In this document: in pieces, positions 29,931 to 38,597 of the stretch
Layout of the letters: each line of letters opens with the position of its first letter
How positions within the stretch are numbered: position 1 is the stretch's first letter
DNA from: Promethearchaeota archaeon
Lineage (GTDB): Archaea > Asgardarchaeota > Thorarchaeia > Thorarchaeales > Thorarchaeaceae
DNA: 64,000 nt
Assembly: GCA_027031765.1 (NCBI GenBank)
Contig: JALVPN010000165.1
Span: forward strand, 7,993-71,992
Direction: 5' to 3'
Position numbers and translations under genes: made by a program
Notes under the pieces: model-generated
Databases searched by the model: none
What the model was told of the DNA's origin: nothing
The model's input: only the letters and a program-made list of their open reading frames with translations

Positions 29931-30182
29931 ATGAGCGAGTTGAAGACAATCCGTGTGTTCTGCAAGAGGTGTGGTGAGTGGTATGAGGAGTCAGTTGACA
30001 TGTCTGTTCTCTCGCAGTCGCATACGGGTGTGGTGTCGCTGGCCTTCGACCACGGTGACCATGTCCTGACGGTGTTCCTCGACTCTGACCTGTCAGTACG
30101 CGGCGAGTCGGTCGCAGACAAGGTCAAGGACGACAATCATGAGCCCACAAGAAAGGCCCTGGACTACTTTGACAGGTATTAG
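29931..30182 (+). CDS. Small CxxC protein downstream of the GTPase (possible GTPase partner)
   Basis: 'IRVFCKRCGEWY...TGVVSLAFDHGDHVLTVFLDSDLSV'. The beta-strand pattern is reminiscent of a Roadblock/LC7-like fold, but it is short. Confidence 0.35.
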   Translation: MSELKTIRVFCKRCGEWYEESVDMSVLSQSHTGVVSLAFDHGDHVLTVFLDSDLSVRGESVADKVKDDNHEPTRKALDYFDRY

Positions 30183-30909
30183 TGAAGACAAGGTGATTGA
30201 AGTGATGCAGGAATGGCTTTCCGTAATGTCCATTGACATAGTTTCGAACTATGTGGCAATTGTTGTCTGCACTTGGACGGCGCTTGTAATCGCAAGGCGT
30301 TGGCGTTCGGATAGGGATCCGCTCACGGCCTCGTTGGCCGTGGCGTTTGTACTGCAGTCTGCTGGCCTACTTGCCTCAATATTGTCCGAGGTGCTCCTAC
30401 GTCTGTCTGGTGACCACTATGCGGCTGGCATGTGGAGTCTCGTGTTTGTGGTCTCCTTCCTGTTGTCATTCCCTCCAGTAGCCTACTTCCATGCGGGCCT
30501 GTTCCACCCGCGCAACAAGTGGTACGTCCCAGTTGTGTCTTTTCTCTCTGGCTCTGGCGTTGCCCTCGCGACCACAGCTCCCGACTACTACAGCCCGCCG
30601 GCATCAGTACACGCCATCTTCCTCGCTGTCCTGCTCCTCGTATACCCGCCCATCGCCGTGAGCTGCATGAGGCTCGCGCCACTTGCCAGCAAGCGGCTTA
30701 CCCGGGTGAAATTCTGGACGGTCAGTGTATGGGCAGTGGCCCACTCTGCCGCGTACGTCCTGCTGGGCATACCTGAGATCTTCACGATTGCCGGAGTCGT
30801 TGTGGTCTCACTGTATGCAGGCAGTGCACTTGCACTCACGGCATCATATCTCACAGCCTATCTCGGATGGGTCATGCCCTCGTGGTTCCGGGCCCGCTTC
30901 AACAAGTGA
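30139..30909 (+). CDS. Seven-TM membrane protein
   Basis: Seven predicted TM helices. The start may be an internal Met at about 30205. Confidence 0.55.
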   Translation: MSPQERPWTTLTGISEDKVIEVMQEWLSVMSIDIVSNYVAIVVCTWTALVIARRWRSDRDPLTASLAVAFVLQSAGLLASILSEVLLRLSGDHYAAGMWSLVFVVSFLLSFPPVAYFHAGLFHPRNKWYVPVVSFLSGSGVALATTAPDYYSPPASVHAIFLAVLLLVYPPIAVSCMRLAPLASKRLTRVKFWTVSVWAVAHSAAYVLLGIPEIFTIAGVVVVSLYAGSALALTASYLTAYLGWVMPSWFRARFNK

Positions 30910-30961
30910 CGGGAGCACTCCGCATCACTCGTCCGGCCTTGGAGCTGGCACTCCCACGTCA

Positions 30962-32218
30962 CTATCTCTTCCGTCCGCGTCTGCGTCCCCCCATCCCTGG
31001 TGTTCGCCTATGCCGGCGCATGAGCCGTTCCTCTCTCTTCCTCTCCCGTGCTGCCTTCTCCTGACGAGAACAGTTAATCCTTGCAGCGCGCCCCAGTCCC
31101 ATGACGCGTGCCGCGTCCTCCTCGTCACCCCGCTGCCTGTAGAGCTTCCTGGCCCGTTCCCACGCCTCTGCAGCACCACAGAAATCGCTCAGTCGTGCGA
31201 GGGCATGTCCGAGTGCATCGAAGACATCAGGGTCCTTGCGCGTGATACTACTGAGCCGCTCCCAGATGGCTGCCGCCTCTGCCCAGTCCTGCAACTCCAT
31301 GTAGGTGGCCCCCAGGTATCGCAGGGCCGTGACATTCTTCTTGTTGCGGACAAGGGCCCGTTTGAAGTGTACGACCGCCTCTTCCAAGTTCCCTGCACCG
31401 TGCTCCACGCGGCCCATTGTGACCTCAATGGTGGCATCCTCAGGGTCTATCTCTGCAGCCCTCCTGAGCGCCTTCATAGCGGCCCGGTAGCGTTCCGCCC
31501 GCCTGTTCACCTCTCCAAGCGTCAGCCATACCTGTTTCGAGTCGGGTGCAGCCTTTGTTGCCGCTTCTGCGGTCTTGACGGCGTCCCGCCAGCGCTCCAT
31601 CAGTGTGAGGACAATCGCCTTGTGGAGCATCGCTGGCACTAGGCCCGGGTCGAGTCCGAGGGCCTTGTCAAAGGAGCTGACCGCGTCGGCCAGTCTGCCA
31701 CGGCCCGTATGGATCTCACCAATCCGCAGCCAGAGCATGGGGCTGTCACCACGCCTCCTCACGAGCTCCTGCAGGCACTCCAGCTCCTCATCAGTCCGGC
31801 CAAGCACTTTCAGAGCTGCTGCCCGGTCTACAAGTATGTCCGTATTGTCCGGCGAAAGCCTGAGTGCAGTGGTGAACTCGTCGAGTGCGTGGGCTGCCCT
31901 GTCAGGCCCGAGGGCCAAGAGGATCCGCCCCCTGTTGACATGCGCCTCCACAAGGGACGGGTCCAGTCGTACTGCCTGGTCAAGGCATCGCAGCGCCTCG
32001 CCGTAGTCACCACTCTCTGCAAGGAGAACTGCCTTGGCATTCCACGCCCTTGCATCTTTGGGGTGCTCTCTGAGGTGCTGTTCCAGAGTACTAAGTCTGT
32101 CTTCTGTGGGGCTCAATACGGGTCGGTGTGTGCACCGGGACTGGGCATATGAAGGTTGAGTTGCCCCCGGGCACACGGCACTCAGAAGTACTAAAAGGTG
32201 TGGTGACACGGGGCACAA
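30962..32218 (-). CDS. TPR-repeat protein with basic C-terminal tail
   Basis: At least 8 TPR units ('AWNAKAVLLAESGDYGEALRCLDQAVRLDP', ...). The C-terminus is 'RKREERLMRRHRRTPGMGGRRRGRKR'. Confidence 0.65.
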   Translation of the reverse strand: MCPVSPHLLVLLSAVCPGATQPSYAQSRCTHRPVLSPTEDRLSTLEQHLREHPKDARAWNAKAVLLAESGDYGEALRCLDQAVRLDPSLVEAHVNRGRILLALGPDRAAHALDEFTTALRLSPDNTDILVDRAAALKVLGRTDEELECLQELVRRRGDSPMLWLRIGEIHTGRGRLADAVSSFDKALGLDPGLVPAMLHKAIVLTLMERWRDAVKTAEAATKAAPDSKQVWLTLGEVNRRAERYRAAMKALRRAAEIDPEDATIEVTMGRVEHGAGNLEEAVVHFKRALVRNKKNVTALRYLGATYMELQDWAEAAAIWERLSSITRKDPDVFDALGHALARLSDFCGAAEAWERARKLYRQRGDEEDAARVMGLGRAARINCSRQEKAARERKREERLMRRHRRTPGMGGRRRGRKR

Positions 32219-32219
32219 G

Positions 32220-32954
32220 ATGAATCACGCCTCCTCCCGTCTACTGACACTCGCGACCGTACTGTTCGTGACAGCTGTGTCCCCCGTCCTTGCGCAGGGC
32301 CCCTCACTGTACTGGGCCATCAGTGTGGGTGATGAGTTCACATTTGTCCTCCAGCGGAAGTACGTCGACCCCATGTTTGAGGAGCGGTTGGACGAGTTCG
32401 CACCCTTTGTGACGCGTCTGGATGAGGGGCAGAAGGTCATTGCACATGTTGACGGCCTGGCCGAAATCCCCTCCAATATCTCAGAGCCCTCTCAGGTGCC
32501 CAAGTCCAATTGTAGCCTCATCAGGGTCAACGACTCTGAGGTGATTGCCCATAACCTGACACTCATTGCCATCCCTATCGGCACTTGGGACTTGGCACAT
32601 GGCGCTACCGGGAACAGCTCGGACGACGGGAATGACAGGCTCACATTTGCGACGACCGAGTCTGAAACGGAGTGGCAGACCCTGCTCACGGGGGACTTCT
32701 GGGTCTTCCTCCTCCACATCACGTTCCGGATGGACACCACATACTCAAAACTCGACGGTGTGCTGAACAGCATTGGTGTCCAGGTCGAGATGAGCGGGAA
32801 CGACTTCCTGGATGTACGTTTCACCCGCTACAGCCCCGGTGTACCGACTACCCTGCCGGCGGATGTGCAGCTCCTGACAGTCGCCATTGTTGGGGTTGCG
32901 GCAGTGGTCGTCCTGTCCGCCGGGCTGTTCCTGTACCGCCGCAGGGCCGGATGA
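32220..32954 (+). CDS. Secreted protein with C-terminal TM anchor (paralog 1)
   Basis: Signal peptide 'MNHASSRLLTLATVLFVTAVSPVLAQG', N-x-S/T sequons, C-terminal TM plus 'YRRRAG'. Confidence 0.55.
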   Translation: MNHASSRLLTLATVLFVTAVSPVLAQGPSLYWAISVGDEFTFVLQRKYVDPMFEERLDEFAPFVTRLDEGQKVIAHVDGLAEIPSNISEPSQVPKSNCSLIRVNDSEVIAHNLTLIAIPIGTWDLAHGATGNSSDDGNDRLTFATTESETEWQTLLTGDFWVFLLHITFRMDTTYSKLDGVLNSIGVQVEMSGNDFLDVRFTRYSPGVPTTLPADVQLLTVAIVGVAAVVVLSAGLFLYRRRAG

Positions 32955-33018
32955 GGGCATGCACAGCTTTTTCTTGTCGTTTGTACTGAGTCCCGTTCCA
33001 GACTCCCGGGGTGATCCG

Positions 33019-33765
33019 ATGCGTTTGTTCCGTCTTGTGTGGGCACCCATCCTGCTCATGCTCCTCATGTTGCCTGTGCAGCAGGCCTGCTCCCAGACCC
33101 CTCACTCACTGCACTGGGGCGTGTCTGCAGGTCAGGAGCAGAGGTACGTGCTGCAACGCAAGTTTGCCGACCGCGAGGTCATACCATACCTGGCCTCATT
33201 CATCCCCGTTGTCAGTGTGATTGATGAAGGGCAGACCTTTACAGTCAGGTTCACCTCGTTCGACAACATCCCACCGTCCTTCAACGCCATTAACGGTACT
33301 CCACGCGCATATTGCAATGTCATCCGTGAGAATGACACTCAGACCGTGCTGCGCAATGTCACCGGTTTTGCAGTGCCCTGTGGGGACTGGGAGTATCTCG
33401 AGCACGCCCTGAACCTCACCGACCAGCCCGGCATCACGCTGATTAACGAGTCCGACACCTGGGGCTACATCGCATCCGGTGCTCATCCCGCGAGTCCGGA
33501 GATTTCCATATACAATGAGGTGCGGTTCGACAAGTCCAACGGCACACTGGTGTTCCTGCGCTGGCGCTTCACAGGTGCCGGGACAACCCTTACGGACATT
33601 GTGATTGCGCGCTGGTACCCCGGCATCCCCACAGTCCTCCCCATGGGCATTGACCTCGCCCCTATCATCCTTGGCGTCATAGGGATTTCACTTGCAGCAG
33701 TCTGTGGTGTGCTGGCATACCGTGGGTTCAGGAGACCCTCATTGATGGAACGGCTCGGACGGTAA
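33019..33765 (+). CDS. Secreted protein with C-terminal TM anchor (paralog 2)
   Basis: Signal peptide 'MRLFRLVWAPILLMLLMLPVQQA'. It shares 'HWGVSAGQE..YVLQRKF', 'IDEGQ', 'WYPGIPTVLP' with the upstream gene. Confidence 0.55.
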   Translation: MRLFRLVWAPILLMLLMLPVQQACSQTPHSLHWGVSAGQEQRYVLQRKFADREVIPYLASFIPVVSVIDEGQTFTVRFTSFDNIPPSFNAINGTPRAYCNVIRENDTQTVLRNVTGFAVPCGDWEYLEHALNLTDQPGITLINESDTWGYIASGAHPASPEISIYNEVRFDKSNGTLVFLRWRFTGAGTTLTDIVIARWYPGIPTVLPMGIDLAPIILGVIGISLAAVCGVLAYRGFRRPSLMERLGR

Positions 33766-33869
33766 TGCTGTTGTTGTCAGGGTGTGGTTGTAGGTGTCGT
33801 CCTCGTTCCACCCGGAACAGCTCGGACGGTAGTGCTGTTGTCATTGTCGACCACAGGAGGTGATAAGAG

Positions 33870-34211
33870 ATGAGTCCGGTCGCTGATGCGCGCAGGGTGG
33901 AGTGTCGTGAGGGCAGCTCGGAGGTGCACCTCTCTGTAGGCGAGTACTTCTACTTCGAGTTCGGCCGTCACTGTTCCGTAGGCGAGGACACAGAGTTCTC
34001 CATCTTGGACCCGGACATTGTGGTACTGGTAAGGACAGAGGTCGAGTACCTCCATCCCGAGCGCCTGGGTACTGGGATCATAGGGGCGGACGAAGAGCGT
34101 GGCAGGTGGTACTTCAGGGCCGTCCGCCAGGGCACGACCAAGGTGGTGTTCCGCTACCTCTTTCGGGGCGATGTTGACTTTGAGTGCACCCTCCATGTCC
34201 ATGTCCACTAG
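33870..34211 (+). CDS. Small beta-rich protein, possibly a chagasin-like (I42) peptidase inhibitor
   Basis: Strong SD 'GGAGGTGA' 8 nt before the ATG. A 113-aa all-beta-like sequence with 'GADEERGRWYFRAVRQGTTKVVFRY'. The family assignment is tentative. Confidence 0.5.
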   Translation: MSPVADARRVECREGSSEVHLSVGEYFYFEFGRHCSVGEDTEFSILDPDIVVLVRTEVEYLHPERLGTGIIGADEERGRWYFRAVRQGTTKVVFRYLFRGDVDFECTLHVHVH

Positions 34212-34311
34212 CGGCTGTCACCTGCCCTCCCAGCGGTCAACCATCATCAATGAGCCAGTGGGAGCGGGTTAGTTCTCCGTCCCGCGTGTACGTAGCTGGC
34301 TGCTGTGGATG

Positions 34312-34863
34312 CTACTTCTTGATACCGTAGTAGGTATACATGTCAACAGGAAGCCCCGCGAGCTTGAGGTACACCCATAGCTGCATCTTGTGCATTGCCA
34401 TGTGGGTGATTATCTCAGGGAAATAGTCGCCCCAACTCTTCTCGGCTCCAGTCTCATAGAAGGGCCGGAGATTCTCCTTGAGGAACTCGGTATCTGACAT
34501 CTTGCTGAAGTAGTCAATGACATGCTTCACGCCGTCATCGAAGACCTTCAGCATGCCGTTCACATCCTCGCTCCGAAGGCCACTCTCCATCTCTTGTGCC
34601 TGTTCGGGAGTTGCAACCTCACTCGTGTAGACAGCCGTGTCCATGCGGGGGATTTGTGCGAGATGGTTGGCCACCTCAATCAGACTTCGCATTCCATCAG
34701 CAGGGCAGAAGTTCAAGTCTGCGTCCGCTGCCGTCGCTAGAACAAACCTTGCCTGTTGTGCCTCATGCCTGAACGCTCTCAGGAAGGTTTCTACGAGCTC
34801 ACTCACCGCTTCACCTCCAGTCAGTCCGGCCGGGCCACTCAAATCGCCACTGCCGACCGGCAT
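34312..34863 (-). CDS. DinB/YfiT-like four-helix-bundle protein
   Basis: 'HLAQIPRMDT', 'HMAMHKMQLWVYLKLAGLPV', with the His spacing typical of the DinB_2 superfamily. Confidence 0.5.
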   Translation of the reverse strand: MPVGSGDLSGPAGLTGGEAVSELVETFLRAFRHEAQQARFVLATAADADLNFCPADGMRSLIEVANHLAQIPRMDTAVYTSEVATPEQAQEMESGLRSEDVNGMLKVFDDGVKHVIDYFSKMSDTEFLKENLRPFYETGAEKSWGDYFPEIITHMAMHKMQLWVYLKLAGLPVDMYTYYGIKK

Positions 34864-35042
34864 ACGGGGTTCTATTAGCTGGTCGGGCTAGAAAAGACGT
34901 TGGGTGTGAGCAGCAATGTGTATGCACAGTCCGGAAACCATGGAAATCCACGCAGCGCTGCCTCTACCCCTCCTCAACAATACACGCTTTCTCACGGCAC
35001 AAGTCCTCGCTGTGGCAGCAGTTTCATGCGATACTGACAGTA

Positions 35043-35873
35043 ATGTTCCGTGAGAACCAAGAGTTCCCATTCACTTTATCACTCTCAACAAGACTGCTAG
35101 GGCGGGCATCGACATTGAACCAAGGGCGAAAGGGCATCAACTACGACCGCATAGCGGAGGTCTACGATCAGACTCGTTCAGGGAACCTGGAGATGGTACG
35201 CCTAATCATCGACGGCGCCCCGCTCACTGCCGGGGCCCTCGTATTGGATGTGGGTTGTGGCACGGGGAACAACACCATCTTGTTTGCTGGGCGAACGGAC
35301 GCCAGGGTGGTGGGAGTCGACATCTCAGCAGGCATGATAAAGAGAGCACGGGAGAAGTCAGCAGGACTTGCACTGGTCCAGGGGAACGCAGAGAGCCTGC
35401 CGTTCAGAGGGGGTGTCTTTGACCTCTCATTCATGACTGAGGTGATACATCTTCTTGACCATCCCTTCAATGTTCTGTCCCAGGTCTATCGAGTGCTTGC
35501 CCCTGGTGGAAGACTGTGCATCGTGACCCAGTCGCATGAACAGATTGACCGGCGAATGACATCTAGGTTCTTTCCTGCAAGTGCAGAGATTGACAAGCAG
35601 AGGTTCCCGCCTGTGCCTGAGCTCTGCGAGATGCTCCAGCGCATTGGCTTCTCGGGTGTAGAATCACAGACATACAAGTTCCCGGAGCAGAGGATTGGAA
35701 AGGAGTTCCTTCAGACCGTGAGGAAGAGGGGGTTCTCAATGCTCCACAAGATTGGACGACAGGCCTACGAGAAGGGGGTTCGTGAACTCGAACAGGTTCT
35801 GTCAGAGGGCACCATCCTCACGTACGTGCCCGAATACACATTCGTGTGGGCCCAACGAGAGCAGCGTCGATAA
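35043..35873 (+). CDS. Class I SAM-dependent methyltransferase (type 11)
   Basis: 'VLDVGCGTGNNTILFA' (motif I) and 'PGGRLCIVT'. Confidence 0.7.
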   Translation: MFRENQEFPFTLSLSTRLLGRASTLNQGRKGINYDRIAEVYDQTRSGNLEMVRLIIDGAPLTAGALVLDVGCGTGNNTILFAGRTDARVVGVDISAGMIKRAREKSAGLALVQGNAESLPFRGGVFDLSFMTEVIHLLDHPFNVLSQVYRVLAPGGRLCIVTQSHEQIDRRMTSRFFPASAEIDKQRFPPVPELCEMLQRIGFSGVESQTYKFPEQRIGKEFLQTVRKRGFSMLHKIGRQAYEKGVRELEQVLSEGTILTYVPEYTFVWAQREQRR

Positions 35874-36233
35874 CCCGTACTACCCGGGCCTTGAAGATAT
35901 GAGGGGCCCCGGTCCCCACTGTGCAGGCTCGTAGAGTCAATGCTAGATCCTTCCATGGGAGGTTTCCAACCCTTGAAGCCACGGTATGCCAGAAAGCCAC
36001 AGACTACAGCAAGGCACACTCCCTGCTCGGCACGCCCCTGACATGCACGGTGAGATACGTTTCCCGTCGTCAACGTCGGTCAGTCGGTCGGCTACAGTCG
36101 CCCTCGTGGGTGAGTGGCCCGTCCCCTGCTAGGTGTTGTCGCGACGTGGTCTGGATGCACCATGTGCTGTGTATGTGCAAAAATAGTTGGCAGCTGCGCC
36201 GCAGAGGCCAGTCCCCTGAGGCGCATTTGCCAG

Positions 36234-36986
36234 TTACCTGCAACGTTCACGCAGCAGGTCTCTTATCTCTCTCAGCACAACGAGTACCTCGTTGTCCACC
36301 GCGCCGGTGCTCTGTCCGGCCGGTCTCTCGGCGGGTGGCACAAGCTCGGTGGTCGTCACATAGGGGTGTGTTATCTTCCGGAGTTCCCGGAGGATGAAGT
36401 CACGCACCTCCATGTAGTATGGGATTCCCTCAATGTTCTCCTCAGGACGTGCCCCTGCCTGGGCGCCGCCAGAGTACCCTGCAGTCTGTATCTCGACACA
36501 GCCGATGCCGAACATCCTGTCGAACGGCCCGGCCCGCGAACTGATGTTCGTAATCGTCCTGAAGGGGACGTGCTTCTCTGTGATGTTGATAATCCCCTTC
36601 CGGACATAGATCTCCGGCATGGTCTCGCCTGTTTCACTCCTCACACTGTACTCAATCGAGTTGACGTACAGTGGCACTGCAATCACACCCGGGACTAGCC
36701 ACACAGCATGGACGACCCAGACTATGAGGTTTGCCAGCACGAAGTAGTCGGCGATGTACTGCCAGTACTCCATGACAGTCAGCCCATTGTCCATCGCGGC
36801 CCCGTAGGCAATCCCCATCCATGCAAGGATGAGTATCGTCCACGTGACCACCGCGGCAGAGGCCATCTGAAACCACAGCTTGTTCCTGAATGCCTTGGTA
36901 GGTCTGAAGACCTTACCACTCGCAATCTTCTCCATTGGAGGTCGGATTACCTTCTCTTCAGTCTTGGTACCCACCTTCCCTCTCAT
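36234..36986 (-). CDS. Membrane protein with bacterial-type PH domain (YdbS/YdbT-like, bPH_2)
   Basis: Two TM helices, then 'IEYSVRSETGETMPEIYVRKGIINITEKHVPFRTITNISSRAGPFDRMFGIGCVEIQTAG'. Confidence 0.6.
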   Translation of the reverse strand: MRGKVGTKTEEKVIRPPMEKIASGKVFRPTKAFRNKLWFQMASAAVVTWTILILAWMGIAYGAAMDNGLTVMEYWQYIADYFVLANLIVWVVHAVWLVPGVIAVPLYVNSIEYSVRSETGETMPEIYVRKGIINITEKHVPFRTITNISSRAGPFDRMFGIGCVEIQTAGYSGGAQAGARPEENIEGIPYYMEVRDFILRELRKITHPYVTTTELVPPAERPAGQSTGAVDNEVLVVLREIRDLLRERCR

Positions 36987-37545
36987 CCCCTTTCTTCCGT
37001 CTCTTGTAACGAGGAATCTCCTTTGCGGCCAGCCTGTAGAAGATCACGGTCGACTGTCGGGTCATCGGCAGTCCGGCCTGGTCTTCCCGGAGAGTAATAC
37101 CGTACTCCTCCATTATCTTGTCGAGGACATCACGGCACTCGCTCTCCTTCGGGCACTCGGCACACAACTTACCTGCGTACGAGTGGTGAGTGTACCACAC
37201 TACGACCTGTTGCAGTGTGAATACGATGTAGACCTGGGACGCAGTCTGGTAGTCGAAGCCAATGAGGAGCCCGTTGTAGTCCTGGATGCTCTCTACATCA
37301 AGCCTGTGGCTCTCAGCATGTTGTGTAAGTGTCTTCCTGATCTTCTCCCTGGCCCTGTTCAGCACCCTTGACACGTACGCTCCATCGTTGAACTGGAGCT
37401 GCTTTGACGGTGGCTGCCCCATCAGCTCTGCAACGTATGGCGGTATTGTGGCTGGTCTCGAGTACTTCTCGGCAATCTCACTGGTCGAGAGTCCGTGTTG
37501 GAACTCCCACCAGACGACTGCTTCATGTAACGACAGGACTGTCAT
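36958..37545 (-). CDS. Hypothetical protein with N-terminal HTH-like segment and CxxC-x4-C
   Basis: 'GLSTSEIAEKYSRPATIPPYV' and 'CAECPKESEC'. Confidence 0.4.
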   Translation of the reverse strand: MTVLSLHEAVVWWEFQHGLSTSEIAEKYSRPATIPPYVAELMGQPPSKQLQFNDGAYVSRVLNRAREKIRKTLTQHAESHRLDVESIQDYNGLLIGFDYQTASQVYIVFTLQQVVVWYTHHSYAGKLCAECPKESECRDVLDKIMEEYGITLREDQAGLPMTRQSTVIFYRLAAKEIPRYKRRKKGDEREGGYQD

Positions 37546-37814
37546 TGGCGATTCCTCGTCACCTCTTCACACATAGACTCCCCACATTCACTAATAAATC
37601 TTTACCCTGTGGCGGTAAACATTTGTGTCCGACTCACGTGTCACCGCCACCCTCCGTGCTATCTTGGACATGTTCCAGAGAACCGCGCCCACAGGCCGTC
37701 TGGCAGGCTCGGGAGTGGGTGTTGTTCGCCCCGTCCTGTACCCGTCTGTTCCGGTGCCGTGTGCGAAAAACTCTTATTCAATGTTTACAAATATCTGGTA
37801 AACATTTTGGAGTC

Positions 37815-38591
37815 ATGACTATGGACTCGGCCTCCTATGTTGTTGAAACGGACAGACTGAACAAAGTGTTTGATGGTATACACGCAGTCAGAGACCTCGA
37901 CCTCCGTGTGTCATCTGGTGGACGTTTTGGCCTGCTTGGTCCCAACGGTGCTGGCAAGACGACTACTGTACGCATGTTGTCAGGCCTACTACTGCCCACG
38001 AGCGGGAACGCCAGGGTCTGTGGGCTTGACATCTACAAGCAGCGCGACGAGGTCAAGGCGGTCACAGGTCTCCTCCCTGAGACCCCCGGCCTATACTCCA
38101 AACTCACCGCCGTGGAGTTCCTGGAGTTCATAGGCTCTCTAAATGGGATGAGTGGCGAGATCCTGAGGAAACGGATTGACCGGCTCCTTTCAGTCCTCGG
38201 CCTCGAAGACCGTCAGGACGACCTCCTTGAGTCGTACTCTTCAGGGATGAAGCAGAAGGTGCTGGTCGCATCGACAATCCTCCATGAGCCGAGGCTCGTG
38301 TTCCTCGACGAGCCCACCGCACGCCTCGACCCGGCAGCCAGCGTGCTTGTCAAGGACCTGATCCTCGCGCTGTCGGAGGACACTGGTACGAGCTTCTTCA
38401 TCTGCACCCACATGACCTCATTTGCAGAGGATGTGTGTGACACCATCGGGGTCTTGAACAATGGGGAGCTCGTGACGGTGGGCCCGCCACAAGAGATCAT
38501 AGAGTCTACCGGCTCGGAAGACCTTGAAGAGGCATACCTGAAGATAGTCGGTGGTAAGGTCGACCGCGAGTCGCTGCTGGACTGGAGGTAG
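37815..38591 (+). CDS. ABC-2 type transporter ATP-binding protein
   Basis: Walker A 'GPNGAGKTTTV', signature 'YSSGMKQKVLVA', Walker B 'VFLDEPTARLD'. Confidence 0.85.
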   Translation: MTMDSASYVVETDRLNKVFDGIHAVRDLDLRVSSGGRFGLLGPNGAGKTTTVRMLSGLLLPTSGNARVCGLDIYKQRDEVKAVTGLLPETPGLYSKLTAVEFLEFIGSLNGMSGEILRKRIDRLLSVLGLEDRQDDLLESYSSGMKQKVLVASTILHEPRLVFLDEPTARLDPAASVLVKDLILALSEDTGTSFFICTHMTSFAEDVCDTIGVLNNGELVTVGPPQEIIESTGSEDLEEAYLKIVGGKVDRESLLDWR

Positions 38592-38597
38592 CGGACT

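Noticed and set aside
33777-34208. 143-aa minus-strand ORF
   Set aside because: It competes with a plus-strand ORF that has a textbook SD (GGAGGTGA) and a compact globular sequence. The minus-strand ORF is Pro/Thr/Ala-rich and low-complexity.
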